DNA of 49,614 nucleotides from Ilumatobacteraceae bacterium (GTDB taxonomy: Bacteria > Actinomycetota > Acidimicrobiia > Acidimicrobiales > Ilumatobacteraceae). A program made the position numbers and the translations under genes. Position 1 is the stretch's first letter. Every line of letters starts with the position of its first letter. This document shows, one piece after another, positions 7,997 to 16,068 of the stretch. The notes beneath the pieces are model-generated. The model made no database searches. It was not told the DNA's origin and saw nothing but the letters and a program-made list of their open reading frames with translations. Location: positions 1-49,614 of the forward strand of contig JBILOM010000001.1 of the NCBI GenBank assembly GCA_044374495.1, written 5' to 3'.

Positions 7997-9247
7997 TCAT
8001 TCTGTTGTGGCGTATGCGCCACCAGATCCTTTTTCTGAACCAACCTGCTCTATTGCTGCGTCGAGGTCCGATAGGAATTCATCAATGAGGGGAGCGTGAT
8101 GTGCCATAACCGTGAGGTGAATGCTGGCGGGGGGAGTCTGTTTATCCAGATACCAACCACCTGAAATCAAGCGATCAGCTATGGCAAATACGTCATGACG
8201 ATTTGGGTCTTTTGTGCCGAACGAGAGAAGTGTTGACTCGGGGAGGCCGCGCACTTCAAGGTCAGGATGAGCAGCAACATGATTGTAAATTCGCATTGCT
8301 GATTCACGAGCGCTCTTTGTGACTCGTTCGTAACCATCGTCGCCGAGGTAATGCAACACAGCCCAGGACGAAGCGATTGGTCCGCCAGATTTGGTGCCAA
8401 GAATTCCTGATGATCCGTAGAAGCCACCGAGCCAGTTATCTGTGATGAATGTTTGATCACTTCGCAATGTCTTGTTGCGGTGAAGTAATACACCTGAACC
8501 CTTCGATGTATAGCCGTATTTGTGAAGGTCGACTGAAATGGATGTCACTCCGTCGCAACGAAAATCCCACGGAGCAATCGGTTCACCGATTCGCTCCAGG
8601 TAGGTGAGTGTTACGCCGCCCATGCAGGCATCAACATGGCAATTGATATTTCGCTCTGCAGCAATCTCGGCGATGGCCGCAATTGGGTCGATAACGCCTT
8701 GGGGGTACTGCGGTGCAGAGCCGACGATCAGAATTGTTTCGTCATCAATTGCATCGCGCATTGCATTGACATCTGCCTTCCAGTCAGCGCCCACAGGCAC
8801 GCGGCGACTCTCAACATCGAAGTAATCAGCGCCCTTTTCGAACGCAGCATGAGCAGACGAGGGGAGAACCATGTTCATTCGCTTCAGATTGCGTCCCTCG
8901 CGCTCTGCGCGCTTACGAGCGGCTCGAACTGAGAGGACGAGGCTCTCGGTGCCACCAGATGTCATAAAGCCCGCTGTGGTGTCATCGCCATGGGTCCAGC
9001 CAGCCACAATGTCGACGACTTCTTGCTGCATGACTCGCAGTGATGGGAAAGCGCCGGTGTTGAGAGCGTTCTCACCAGAGAATCGTCTGTATGACTCTTC
9101 GGCGAGTGCCAGAACATCAGGGCCAGCGCTGTAGGCAAGAGTGAAACATCGGCCGTCTCGCCAGCGCACATCATTGGTTCGGATTGATTCCAGATGATCA
9201 AGAATTGCTTGCGCTGTTTGTCCTGGACCGAGTTGTGCAATAGGCAT
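7997..9247 (-). CDS. PLP-dependent group II decarboxylase-fold enzyme (sphingosine-1-phosphate lyase / glutamate decarboxylase-like)
   Basis: SGGTESLVLSVRAARK, the HVDACMGG motif and the PLP-lysine motif SVDLHKYGYTSKGSGVLL are typical of the SPL-like branch of the Pyridoxal_deC family. Confidence 0.8.
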   Translation of the reverse strand: MPIAQLGPGQTAQAILDHLESIRTNDVRWRDGRCFTLAYSAGPDVLALAEESYRRFSGENALNTGAFPSLRVMQQEVVDIVAGWTHGDDTTAGFMTSGGTESLVLSVRAARKRAEREGRNLKRMNMVLPSSAHAAFEKGADYFDVESRRVPVGADWKADVNAMRDAIDDETILIVGSAPQYPQGVIDPIAAIAEIAAERNINCHVDACMGGVTLTYLERIGEPIAPWDFRCDGVTSISVDLHKYGYTSKGSGVLLHRNKTLRSDQTFITDNWLGGFYGSSGILGTKSGGPIASSWAVLHYLGDDGYERVTKSARESAMRIYNHVAAHPDLEVRGLPESTLLSFGTKDPNRHDVFAIADRLISGGWYLDKQTPPASIHLTVMAHHAPLIDEFLSDLDAAIEQVGSEKGSGGAYATTE

Positions 9248-9340
9248 ACAAGAACATTAGGCGTAGTGGCTCTGCACCAATAGGGGCTTGGGATTCTGGG
9301 TGTTGTCGTCTCATTGTCGCTAATAATTACATAACGGAGA

Positions 9341-9757
9341 TTATGAGCGTATTGATGGGGTCAGCGAAGCGGCGGCAATTGGCTCAGCGGCTTGAATCAG
9401 CCAACCAAGCATCTCCAGCAAGGTTTCCTTCGTTTGGCGTGGTGACGCCAGATCTGTTTGCACGTCGTTCAGTGCGCAATGCAATACATACATTTGGTCC
9501 TTCAGTGCGTCGAGTTCGTCTCTAGTCATCACAAGTTCGTTCTCTGACAATGCAAGTTCCGACGCGCGTTGACGTGACACCCAATCCCATTGTCGACAAC
9601 GTTGACTACAGAATTCCTTGGGACGACCTGGGCCGGTTGAAGATACCAATACGTGTCGGCACCACCTGCATCGCTTGTCTATTCCCTGCTGCCCTGGTGG
9701 GTCTTTGGATATCGTCATGACGAAATTGTACGACAGGTAGTCTGCAACTTGTGTCAT
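9341..9757 (-). CDS. hypothetical zinc-ribbon / coiled-coil protein
   Basis: CRWCRHVL...GRPKEFCSQRCRQWDW gives a CxxC...CxxxC four-Cys ribbon, followed by a helical region (MTRDELDALKDQMYVLHCALNDVQ). The start is uncertain: ATG at 9775, 9757 or 9718. GGGAGGAA lies just upstream of 9757. Confidence 0.5.
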   Translation of the reverse strand: MTQVADYLSYNFVMTISKDPPGQQGIDKRCRWCRHVLVSSTGPGRPKEFCSQRCRQWDWVSRQRASELALSENELVMTRDELDALKDQMYVLHCALNDVQTDLASPRQTKETLLEMLGWLIQAAEPIAAASLTPSIRS

Positions 9758-10806
9758 TTCCTCCCGCACCTGCACGATTCTTCGCGAGCGACAATTTCAG
9801 TGGCGCTCACCCTCGGTATCTCTCTGCCGTAGAGCGAGCTAACACTGGTCACGTGATGGCGTATGGCGGCGATGAGATCACTAAGCACGCAACGAAACTG
9901 TTTCAAGAAATGTGCGACACCGATGTCGATGTGTTGTTCACATTTAATGGCACTGGTTCAAACATTGTTGCGTTAGGAAGTTTGCTGCGCTCTGCCGAAT
10001 CAGTGTTGTGCAGCGAATGGGCGCATATTCATGTTGATGAAACCGGTGCTCCTGAGCACATCTTGGGAATCAAGTTGCAAGACGTGAACTCCCCTGACGC
10101 AAAGGTTACGCCTGCGCATATTGTTGCTGCTGCTTCTGCCCTTGGAAACGTTCACCACGTTCAACCTGGCGTTGTTTCAATTACACAAGCGACTGAACTC
10201 GGAACCCTTTATTCCGTTGAGGAAATTCGGGCCATATGCGAAACGGCTCACTCCTACGGCATGAGAGTTCATCTTGATGGCGCTCGAATTGCAAATGCAA
10301 CAGCCTCACTCGGTGGCGATGTAGCGACGTTCCGAGCCCTTACTTTTGGTGCTGGTGTTGATGCTGTCTCTTTCGGTGGAACAAAGAACGGAATGTTTGG
10401 AGCGGAAGCCGTGTTGTTGCGTCGCGGCGTTGCTTCCGATAGATCGGGCTTCATTCGCAAGCAGAGCACACAGTTACCGTCGAAGATGCGCTACACAGCT
10501 GCTCAATTCGTCGAAGCTCTGACAGACAACTTGTGGATTGAGACAGCGAGTCACGCGAACAAGATGGCTATGCGCTTGTACAACGCACTCGCACATATTG
10601 AGTCACTGCAGATTTCATCCCCAGCCGTGAACAGCCTCTACCCCATCCTCCCTGTCGCCGTAAAAGAACGCCTCCAGGCCTGGAACTTCTTTTGGGACTG
10701 GGATCTGTCTCGCTCTCAGGTGCGCTGGATGACCTCGTGGGACACCTCCCCCGAGGACGTGGATGCCTTTGCTGCTGGGGTTCTGGCCGCCTTTTCTGAA
10801 CAATAG
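9751..10806 (+). CDS. ltaE: low-specificity L-threonine aldolase (beta-eliminating lyase family)
   Basis: FASDNFSGAHPRYL, YGGDEIT, FTFNGTGSNIVAL, RVHLDGARIANA and SFGGTKNGM (PLP lysine). GTG start. Confidence 0.85.
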   Translation: MSFPPAPARFFASDNFSGAHPRYLSAVERANTGHVMAYGGDEITKHATKLFQEMCDTDVDVLFTFNGTGSNIVALGSLLRSAESVLCSEWAHIHVDETGAPEHILGIKLQDVNSPDAKVTPAHIVAAASALGNVHHVQPGVVSITQATELGTLYSVEEIRAICETAHSYGMRVHLDGARIANATASLGGDVATFRALTFGAGVDAVSFGGTKNGMFGAEAVLLRRGVASDRSGFIRKQSTQLPSKMRYTAAQFVEALTDNLWIETASHANKMAMRLYNALAHIESLQISSPAVNSLYPILPVAVKERLQAWNFFWDWDLSRSQVRWMTSWDTSPEDVDAFAAGVLAAFSEQ

Positions 10807-10826
10807 GTTCGCCTATCGATGCAGAA

Positions 10827-10854
10827 TTGACTAATGGGTTAATTCGGCTATGGT
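10827..10854 (+). promoter_or_regulatory. candidate promoter of the whiB-like gene
   Basis: TTGACT (10827-10832), a 16-nt spacer, then TATGGT (10849-10854). A transcript starting a few nt downstream would exclude ATG 10850 and favour ATG 10886, which has GGGGG 6 nt upstream. Confidence 0.4.
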
Positions 10855-10885
10855 GGTGTCACACGCGGCGAAGTTGGGGGCAACA

Positions 10886-11191
10886 ATGTCAATAGGGGAA
10901 CTGTTTTCTTTTCGGGAATGGAACGACACGGCGTGGTCTGAGGACGCAGAATGCAGGGGCCTTTCAGTCATCTTCTTCCCTCCTGCAGCAGAACGTCCTC
11001 AAGCACGCGAACGTCGTGAAGCACAAGCTCGCGAAGTGTGTCAATCATGCGCAGTCATGACAACGTGTCGTGAATTTGCTCGCAGCAATCGCGAATACGG
11101 ATTCTGGGGCGGCGAATCTGAAGAAGAACGTCATGCAGCAGGTTTCAGACTTATTGCACCCATCGGTGTGCGTTCTCGCAACATCTCCTAA
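10886..11191 (+). CDS. whiB: WhiB-family (Wbl) Fe-S transcriptional regulator
   Basis: Four Cys in the Wbl pattern (AECRGL ... CQSCAVMTTC), followed by the GFWGGESEEER turn and a basic tail. The ORF track extends to 10850. The shorter start is preferred from the RBS and promoter. Confidence 0.85.
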   Translation: MSIGELFSFREWNDTAWSEDAECRGLSVIFFPPAAERPQARERREAQAREVCQSCAVMTTCREFARSNREYGFWGGESEEERHAAGFRLIAPIGVRSRNIS

Positions 11192-11195
11192 GTAG

Positions 11196-12017
11196 TTATA
11201 GCTTTCGCAGTATTGCTGCTGCCCACCCATCGCTGATTTCTCGAGCAATCTCTTCGCAATCCATATAAGACAGCAACACGCTTTCAACTTGTTCTTCGCG
11301 CATACCGCTCAGAACAATTAGGCCTGAACTATAGATTGAGCCCTTGATCGTTTCCGACTCAGCAATAAGTACCGGGGCGAGAATGTTTGCAAAGACAAGA
11401 CCAGCATTCAGTTCCGAAGCATCACTTCGCCATGTCGTGCGTACGCCATTCAAGTTGTCATTAATGCGCACTACTTCTTGTGCATTGTGTGCAATATCAA
11501 ATACATAGCTCTCACACTGAAGAATCTTTGTTGCTGCAATTGCTAAAACACCTGAGCCACAACCAAAGTCGAAAACTCGAGAGTGTGGCGCACAATGTTG
11601 AAGACCTAGTCGCAACGCCAGAACCGTGGTCGTGTGGTTTCCCAACCCGAATGTGTCTGCTGGCTCGATACGAATGATGTGTTCCGCTTTAGGCGCTTCA
11701 ACCCAGGCTGGGCACAGGACTACTTCTTCATTCACCCAAGTCGGCACAGCATGTGCTCTCCACGTGTCGGCAACGCTTCTCTCTACTCTCGCAGTGGAAA
11801 CGATGACGTGTGGAAACTCTGCCAGTACGCGTTCGCGAGTCAATGAATGATCATCGCCCAAACTTGTGCGCAAAGTGATGAATTCCCCCGTTGCTTCTCG
11901 TTCTTCTACAGCTGCGACCCCGAGACTCCACAGTAAGTCGGAAAGCAATTCAGATTCAGATGATGACACGAGAAAGTCAAGCATCAACCACGATGGGACA
12001 TCGGGTACTTCAGTCAA
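11196..12017 (-). CDS. prmA: ribosomal protein L11 methyltransferase-like SAM-dependent methyltransferase
   Basis: IEPADTFGLGNHTTTVLALRL and VFDFGCGSGVLAIAA match the PrmA motifs. The start is uncertain. TTG 12017 overlaps the upstream stop (TTGACTGA). The alternatives are ATG 11984 or TTG 12065. Confidence 0.75.
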   Translation of the reverse strand: MTEVPDVPSWLMLDFLVSSSESELLSDLLWSLGVAAVEEREATGEFITLRTSLGDDHSLTRERVLAEFPHVIVSTARVERSVADTWRAHAVPTWVNEEVVLCPAWVEAPKAEHIIRIEPADTFGLGNHTTTVLALRLGLQHCAPHSRVFDFGCGSGVLAIAATKILQCESYVFDIAHNAQEVVRINDNLNGVRTTWRSDASELNAGLVFANILAPVLIAESETIKGSIYSSGLIVLSGMREEQVESVLLSYMDCEEIAREISDGWAAAILRKL

Positions 12018-12528
12018 TGCGGCGTAACTGTTCTCTAAATCGCTCGCCCTTATGCAAATACGCAAGAACGGCTAAATCAATATCGGCTTTACGCGCGCGC
12101 CCTTCTTTAATGGTGGCTGGTGCGCCGACCGCGAGGGCGCCTTCTGGCACAACCGTGTCGTTCAAGACAACAGAGTTAGCCGCAACTATTGCGCCTGATC
12201 CGACAACTGCTCTATGAAGGACGATTGCTCCAGACGAAACCTGAGCTCCGTCTTTGACTATGCACCCCTCTAGGTGAACGAGGTGGCCAACAACGCAGTC
12301 ATTTCCGACAGTCGTATGGTCCATTGGAGTCGTGTGCACAACGGTTCCGTCTTGGATACTGGTTCGCTCACCAATGACTATTGCTCCGTCATCGCCGCGC
12401 AAGACTGCACAGGCCCATATGGAACTGTGAGCCCCGATAGTGACAGAACCGATGATGACAGCATCTGGGTGTACATAGGCCGTTGGGTGAATTGAAGGTA
12501 TTTGATCACCAAGTGCGTAGATAGGCAT
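12010..12528 (-). CDS. gamma-carbonic-anhydrase-family left-handed beta-helix protein
   Basis: YVHPDAVIIGSVTIGAHSSIWACAVLRGDDGAIVIGERTSIQDGTVVH, with hexapeptide repeats throughout. ATG 12528 is preferred over TTG 12543. Confidence 0.85.
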   Translation of the reverse strand: MPIYALGDQIPSIHPTAYVHPDAVIIGSVTIGAHSSIWACAVLRGDDGAIVIGERTSIQDGTVVHTTPMDHTTVGNDCVVGHLVHLEGCIVKDGAQVSSGAIVLHRAVVGSGAIVAANSVVLNDTVVPEGALAVGAPATIKEGRARKADIDLAVLAYLHKGERFREQLRRID

Positions 12529-12591
12529 GCGCCACGGTAGCAACTAGATCTGTGTCCCCTGATGGTCGTGGCGTTTTCCGAGATACCGTAG

Positions 12592-14082
12592 ATGCCTATG
12601 TCACGTCGTATCGAGATCGAACTCACCAGCAAACGCCCAGATGGCACTTGGACATGGCGCGCTGCCGGCGCTCGTGAGCCTCGTGGTGAAGTTGTCGACT
12701 CAGTCGTACCGGCCGGAGCAAACGTAAACGACATCATGCGTGCCGATGTAGAGACAGATCTTGACGGCAGTCGCGTGTTGTCGATTACTCCTCCAAAAGC
12801 TAAGAACGTTCGTACTGGGCTTCTTGAAATTCTTCCTTCGACTCGCGCCTTTGAGCCTGTTACTCAACAGCTTGCAAAGAAGGGCTCACGCGGCGGTGAT
12901 GATCGTAAAGGTCCTCGTCGCGAGCGTAAAGAAGGTGACAAGCCTCGTGGGGAACGCAAAGACGGTGATCGTTCACGTGGAGATCGTAAAGAAGGTGCAG
13001 ATGGTCGTCCAGATCGTCCTCGCCGTCAATTCTTTGATGCACCGCCAGAACTTCCACAGCGTCCAAAAGCAAAACGCATTCGTCCATTGCGCGTAAACGT
13101 TGATGCGGTTCTTGCAGAACTTCCTGAAGCTCATCGCACTATTGCAGAGACAGTTCTTAACGGAGGCGTGCCAGCAGTGCGTGCAGCTATCGAAGAACAG
13201 AATCGACTTGCAGTTGCAGCCGGCAAGGAGAAAGTCCCTGCTGAAGGCTTGTTGCAAATTGCTGAACAGTTGTTGCCACGTCTTCGTGTAGCCGAATGGC
13301 GCGACAAGGCAATCTCTGCCGAGTCCATCATTCATGACATCGACCTTCGTGATCTACGTTCAATCGTGGTTACTGCAGATCAACTGGTTGCCATTGACGA
13401 AGAGACTCGTGCACTTGTTGCCAAGATGAAACAGGGTCTTGTTATTCGCCAAGAGACTGAGACAAAGAATTGGCTTGACGATGTTGCAGCTGCAACATCA
13501 GTCGGTCGTGTTGTACGCGCTTTGCGTTTGTCTTCTCAGCCCCCGAAAGCCGGAGTTCCATTTCCTGCTCCCTTAGCTGCACAAGTTGTAGCTGCAACGG
13601 TGGCGGGCCTCACGACAGATGCACCTTCAGAGCGCTGGATTGCTTTGTTGGAAGCTGCCGCATTCTCCCCTGTTCATGCCAAAGTTCTTCCGGCGGCTGT
13701 TCCTACAGTTATCTCTGACGATCTCACGAAAACCGTTACTCGTCTCGGACCTCTCATGCCACAGATTGCAGCCTTGTTTGGTATTGCCGTTGATCCGAAA
13801 GCACGCCCACCGCGCCCTTTGCAGGTTCCTCGCGGTGACAAAGGTCCACACAAACGCGCCGGCGAATTGAACAAGTCAGCTGACGGCAAGCCGGGAGCAG
13901 ATAAGCCTCGCCGTGGTCCTAAGCCACAGGGCGCTGATTCGCAGAAGCCTGTAGTCGACTCTGTTGCAAAAGCTCCTGAATCAACAGAGCCTGCTGCATC
14001 AGCACCTGAACCAGTTGTAGAACCAGTAGTAGAAGCACCTGTCGTGATTGAAGCTGAATCGCCTGCAGCGCAGGCTGAATAG
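12592..14082 (+). CDS. conserved-looking hypothetical protein with charged repeat linker and Pro/Val/Glu-rich tail
   Basis: 496-aa ORF with a coding-like, largely helical core. It has a small N-terminal domain, an R/K/D/E/G-rich repeat (residues about 98-145) and a PEPVVEPVVEAPVV tail. I do not recognise a family. Confidence 0.7.
   Translation: MPMSRRIEIELTSKRPDGTWTWRAAGAREPRGEVVDSVVPAGANVNDIMRADVETDLDGSRVLSITPPKAKNVRTGLLEILPSTRAFEPVTQQLAKKGSRGGDDRKGPRRERKEGDKPRGERKDGDRSRGDRKEGADGRPDRPRRQFFDAPPELPQRPKAKRIRPLRVNVDAVLAELPEAHRTIAETVLNGGVPAVRAAIEEQNRLAVAAGKEKVPAEGLLQIAEQLLPRLRVAEWRDKAISAESIIHDIDLRDLRSIVVTADQLVAIDEETRALVAKMKQGLVIRQETETKNWLDDVAAATSVGRVVRALRLSSQPPKAGVPFPAPLAAQVVAATVAGLTTDAPSERWIALLEAAAFSPVHAKVLPAAVPTVISDDLTKTVTRLGPLMPQIAALFGIAVDPKARPPRPLQVPRGDKGPHKRAGELNKSADGKPGADKPRRGPKPQGADSQKPVVDSVAKAPESTEPAASAPEPVVEPVVEAPVVIEAESPAAQAE
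12883..13026 (+). repeat. imperfect in-frame 30-nt (decapeptide) tandem repeat inside the 496-aa ORF
   Basis: Protein reads RRERKEGDKP / RGERKDGDRS / RGDRKEGADG / RPDRPRR. The DNA shows recurring cgtaaagaaggtg-type units. Confidence 0.7.
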
Positions 14083-14125
14083 TCTCAACTTTCCCTTCAT
14101 CACTGCTTCTCACTACGGTGGGGGC

Positions 14126-14908
14126 ATGTCAAACTTGGTCACATATGAAGTGCGCGGAAACGTTGCGCTAATCACACTCAATCGTCCTGATGCTCGCAAT
14201 GCCGTTAACGATGAGTTGGCAGCCGATATGGAGGCGTGCGTTGACCGTCTTGAAGCTGACGACACTGTGTGGGTCGGTGTGCTTACCGCGAATACTGAAG
14301 GCCATAAGTCTCCGGTGTTCTGTGCTGGAGCAGACCTGAAAGCTCTTAGTGCTGGTGGGCAAACGCTCGGCACCAAGCGTGGTGGATTCGCCGGTTATGT
14401 GTACCGCGACAGAGTGAAGCCGATTATTGCTGCAGTGGATGGACTTGCTACTGCCGGTGGATGTGAGATTGTTCTGGCTTCTGACATGGTTATTGCAACG
14501 TCGCGATCATCATTTGGTCTTGCAGAAGTAAAGCGAAACCTGATTGCTGGTGCTGGTGGGTTATTTCGTCTTCCACGGGCCATCGGACGAGCCGTCGCAA
14601 TGGAAGTAATCCTTACGGGCGATCCGCTCTCTGTTGAGCGTGCCTATGCACTCGGATTAGTTAATCAAGTGGTTGAACCCGGCAAACAAGTTGAAGCCGC
14701 CCTGGTTCTCGCAGAAAAGATTGCGTTGTCGGCACCGATGGCAGTTGCTGCCAGCCGTCGTGTAATTCTTGCTTCCGCATATTCAACTGATGAAGAACTC
14801 ATAGAGATGACGAACAAAGAGTTTGCGCCCATCTTGAAATCTGAAGACACGAAAGAAGGACTCACTGCATTTATTGAAAAGCGTGCTCCTCAGTGGAAGG
14901 GCCGTTAG
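14126..14908 (+). CDS. enoyl-CoA hydratase/isomerase (crotonase) family protein
   Basis: VALITLNRPDARNAVN, FCAGADLKA, IAAVDGLATAGGCEIVLASD and GLAEVKRNLIAGAGG. ATG 14126 has GGTGGGGG upstream and is preferred over the ORF-track start at 14048. Confidence 0.9.
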   Translation: MSNLVTYEVRGNVALITLNRPDARNAVNDELAADMEACVDRLEADDTVWVGVLTANTEGHKSPVFCAGADLKALSAGGQTLGTKRGGFAGYVYRDRVKPIIAAVDGLATAGGCEIVLASDMVIATSRSSFGLAEVKRNLIAGAGGLFRLPRAIGRAVAMEVILTGDPLSVERAYALGLVNQVVEPGKQVEAALVLAEKIALSAPMAVAASRRVILASAYSTDEELIEMTNKEFAPILKSEDTKEGLTAFIEKRAPQWKGR

Positions 14909-15324
14909 AGCTTTTTGCCAACAATGATTGTTTGAGCGACTAATCCATGCCGTTCAAACAAGTTCTTCATTGCGCGATCACCCGGCAGGGCGCTTGACTG
15001 AAGCCAGCTCGCATTCCTTTGACGTAATTCTCGAAGGCACTCAAGAAGGAGTGCATCACCGATACCAATGTCTCTACTGGCGGAATCGACAAACACGGAA
15101 TCAATAGACCATTCAGTTGCATTCGCAGTGGTAGCAACTAAAGAGCCCATCACCGTTGTGCCAACGCCGGCCACCAACGACAGAGTTTGCTTGGCTTGCG
15201 TTGAAGGTGTCAAGGCCGATCCTCGGTATTGCGTGGCCTCTTGCTCTGACATTGTGTGATGTCTTGCGATTACAACTGCGTCATCTTGCTCAGCAGCGCG
15301 AACAAAGATTGAAAAATCAGTCAC
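14905..15324 (-). CDS. GNAT-family N-acetyltransferase
   Basis: Acetyl-CoA motif A (VFVDSASRDIGIGDALLLECL) and the C-terminal NLFERHGL. The start is either GTG 15324 (GTGACTGA overlap with an upstream 59-codon ORF) or TTG 15357. Confidence 0.75.
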   Translation of the reverse strand: MTDFSIFVRAAEQDDAVVIARHHTMSEQEATQYRGSALTPSTQAKQTLSLVAGVGTTVMGSLVATTANATEWSIDSVFVDSASRDIGIGDALLLECLRELRQRNASWLQSSALPGDRAMKNLFERHGLVAQTIIVGKKL

Positions 15325-15496
15325 TAGTTCTTGGATCTTTCGATGAGGACCGATCAACCACTTTGCGCGCTTCCTTGACGGCTTGATCGACAGCGAACTT
15401 CCCCACCATCTTTGCTGAAGGTGCTTGCTTCTGCAGTGCTACAAGGACTTCGTTGAACTTACGTGCGCAATCTTTTGAGAACGCTGAAAGGTTCAC
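15317..15496 (-). CDS. possible small protein (59 aa), below the ORF-track cutoff
   Basis: Hand translation from GTG 15496 gives VNLSAFSKDCARKFNEVLVALQKQAPSAKMVGKFAVDQAVKEARKVVDRSSSKDPRTSD*. It fills the gap between the DUF4193 stop (15501) and the GNAT gene. Its stop overlaps a GNAT GTG. There is no homology evidence. Confidence 0.3.
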   Translation of the reverse strand: MNLSAFSKDCARKFNEVLVALQKQAPSAKMVGKFAVDQAVKEARKVVDRSSSKDPRTSD

Positions 15497-15500
15497 AGGG

Positions 15501-15953
15501 TTACTTCACAAAGACAGGGCACGCATCGTCACCAATGGGACACATTGGCGCATTCTTGCGAACGAGAAGGAAACAGCTGTTGCACAACAGTTCGTCAGCA
15601 CGTTTTGGCTGCAATTCGTCGTCGCCAGTTGACCGTTCTTCGTTATCTGGAATTTCGTCTTCTTCTGCCGGAAGATCTTCGCTGGCGAGGCGGTCCTTGA
15701 GAATCTTTGAGAGATCCTCTTCCACGTCATCTGGCGCAACCATGTCGTCGTCATCGTCGTCATCGTCACCAGGCTTGCGCACGATGGTGGCGCCCATGGA
15801 ATCATCGTCGTCTTCGTCATCATCAAGTAACGCATCTTCATCATCCTCGATGAGCGGTTCATCGAGTTCAAGTTCCTCGAGGTCGTCAATTTCGTCCCCA
15901 TCGAGGTCAATCTCCAGTTCAATCTCTACTGGTTCAATCTTCTTCTTAGCCAC
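15501..15953 (-). CDS. DUF4193-like protein with hyperacidic N-terminal region and C-terminal zinc ribbon
   Basis: The C-terminus ELLCNSCFLLVRKNAPMCPIGDDACPVF resembles the DUF4193 signature (CxxCF...). Residues about 10-105 are mostly D/E and include a run of eight Asp. Confidence 0.75.
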   Translation of the reverse strand: MAKKKIEPVEIELEIDLDGDEIDDLEELELDEPLIEDDEDALLDDDEDDDDSMGATIVRKPGDDDDDDDDMVAPDDVEEDLSKILKDRLASEDLPAEEDEIPDNEERSTGDDELQPKRADELLCNSCFLLVRKNAPMCPIGDDACPVFVK

Positions 15954-16043
15954 TATGTGCTCCTAAATATGTGCAAGGACTCGCGGCGGGATACTAGGCA
16001 CAAAACAGTGCCAATGGGCGAATGCTGGGAAATTAACACAAGA

Positions 16044-16061
16044 CCGTGACGGTTGTCACGG
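16044..16061 (-). terminator. hairpin after the thyX-like stop (possible intrinsic terminator or operator)
   Basis: CCGTGAC-GGTT-GTCACGG forms a perfect 7-bp stem starting 8 nt downstream of the stop at 16069. On the minus strand it is followed by TCTTGTGTTAATTT, which is only moderately U-rich. Confidence 0.35.
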
Positions 16062-16068
16062 AATGAAG

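Noticed and set aside
7755-8099. ORFs 7755-7952 (minus, 65 aa) and 7797-8099 (plus, 100 aa)
   Set aside because: They run through the glycine riboswitch aptamers and the 3' end of the PLP-enzyme gene. The RNA element explains the sequence conservation better than a peptide does.
12761-13335. Several 63-120-aa ORFs in other frames and on the other strand within the 496-aa gene
   Set aside because: They are by-products of the repetitive, stop-poor charged-repeat region. The long plus-strand frame is continuous and coding-like.
14905-15357. GNAT gene as a type II toxin (TacT/AtaT-like)
   Set aside because: The architecture with an upstream small ORF is suggestive. However, the GNAT looks like an ordinary RimI-type enzyme, the small ORF has no RHH/DUF1778 features, and the context is housekeeping. 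I kept it only as a low-interest finding.
15463-15966. 167-aa Ser-rich ORF on the plus strand (SSSSSSS runs)
   Set aside because: It is the exact antisense image of the D/E-rich DUF4193 gene, because GAC/GAT/GAA codons read backwards give Ser-rich codons. The minus-strand product has a recognisable C-terminal zinc-ribbon motif, and this ORF has nothing recognisable.
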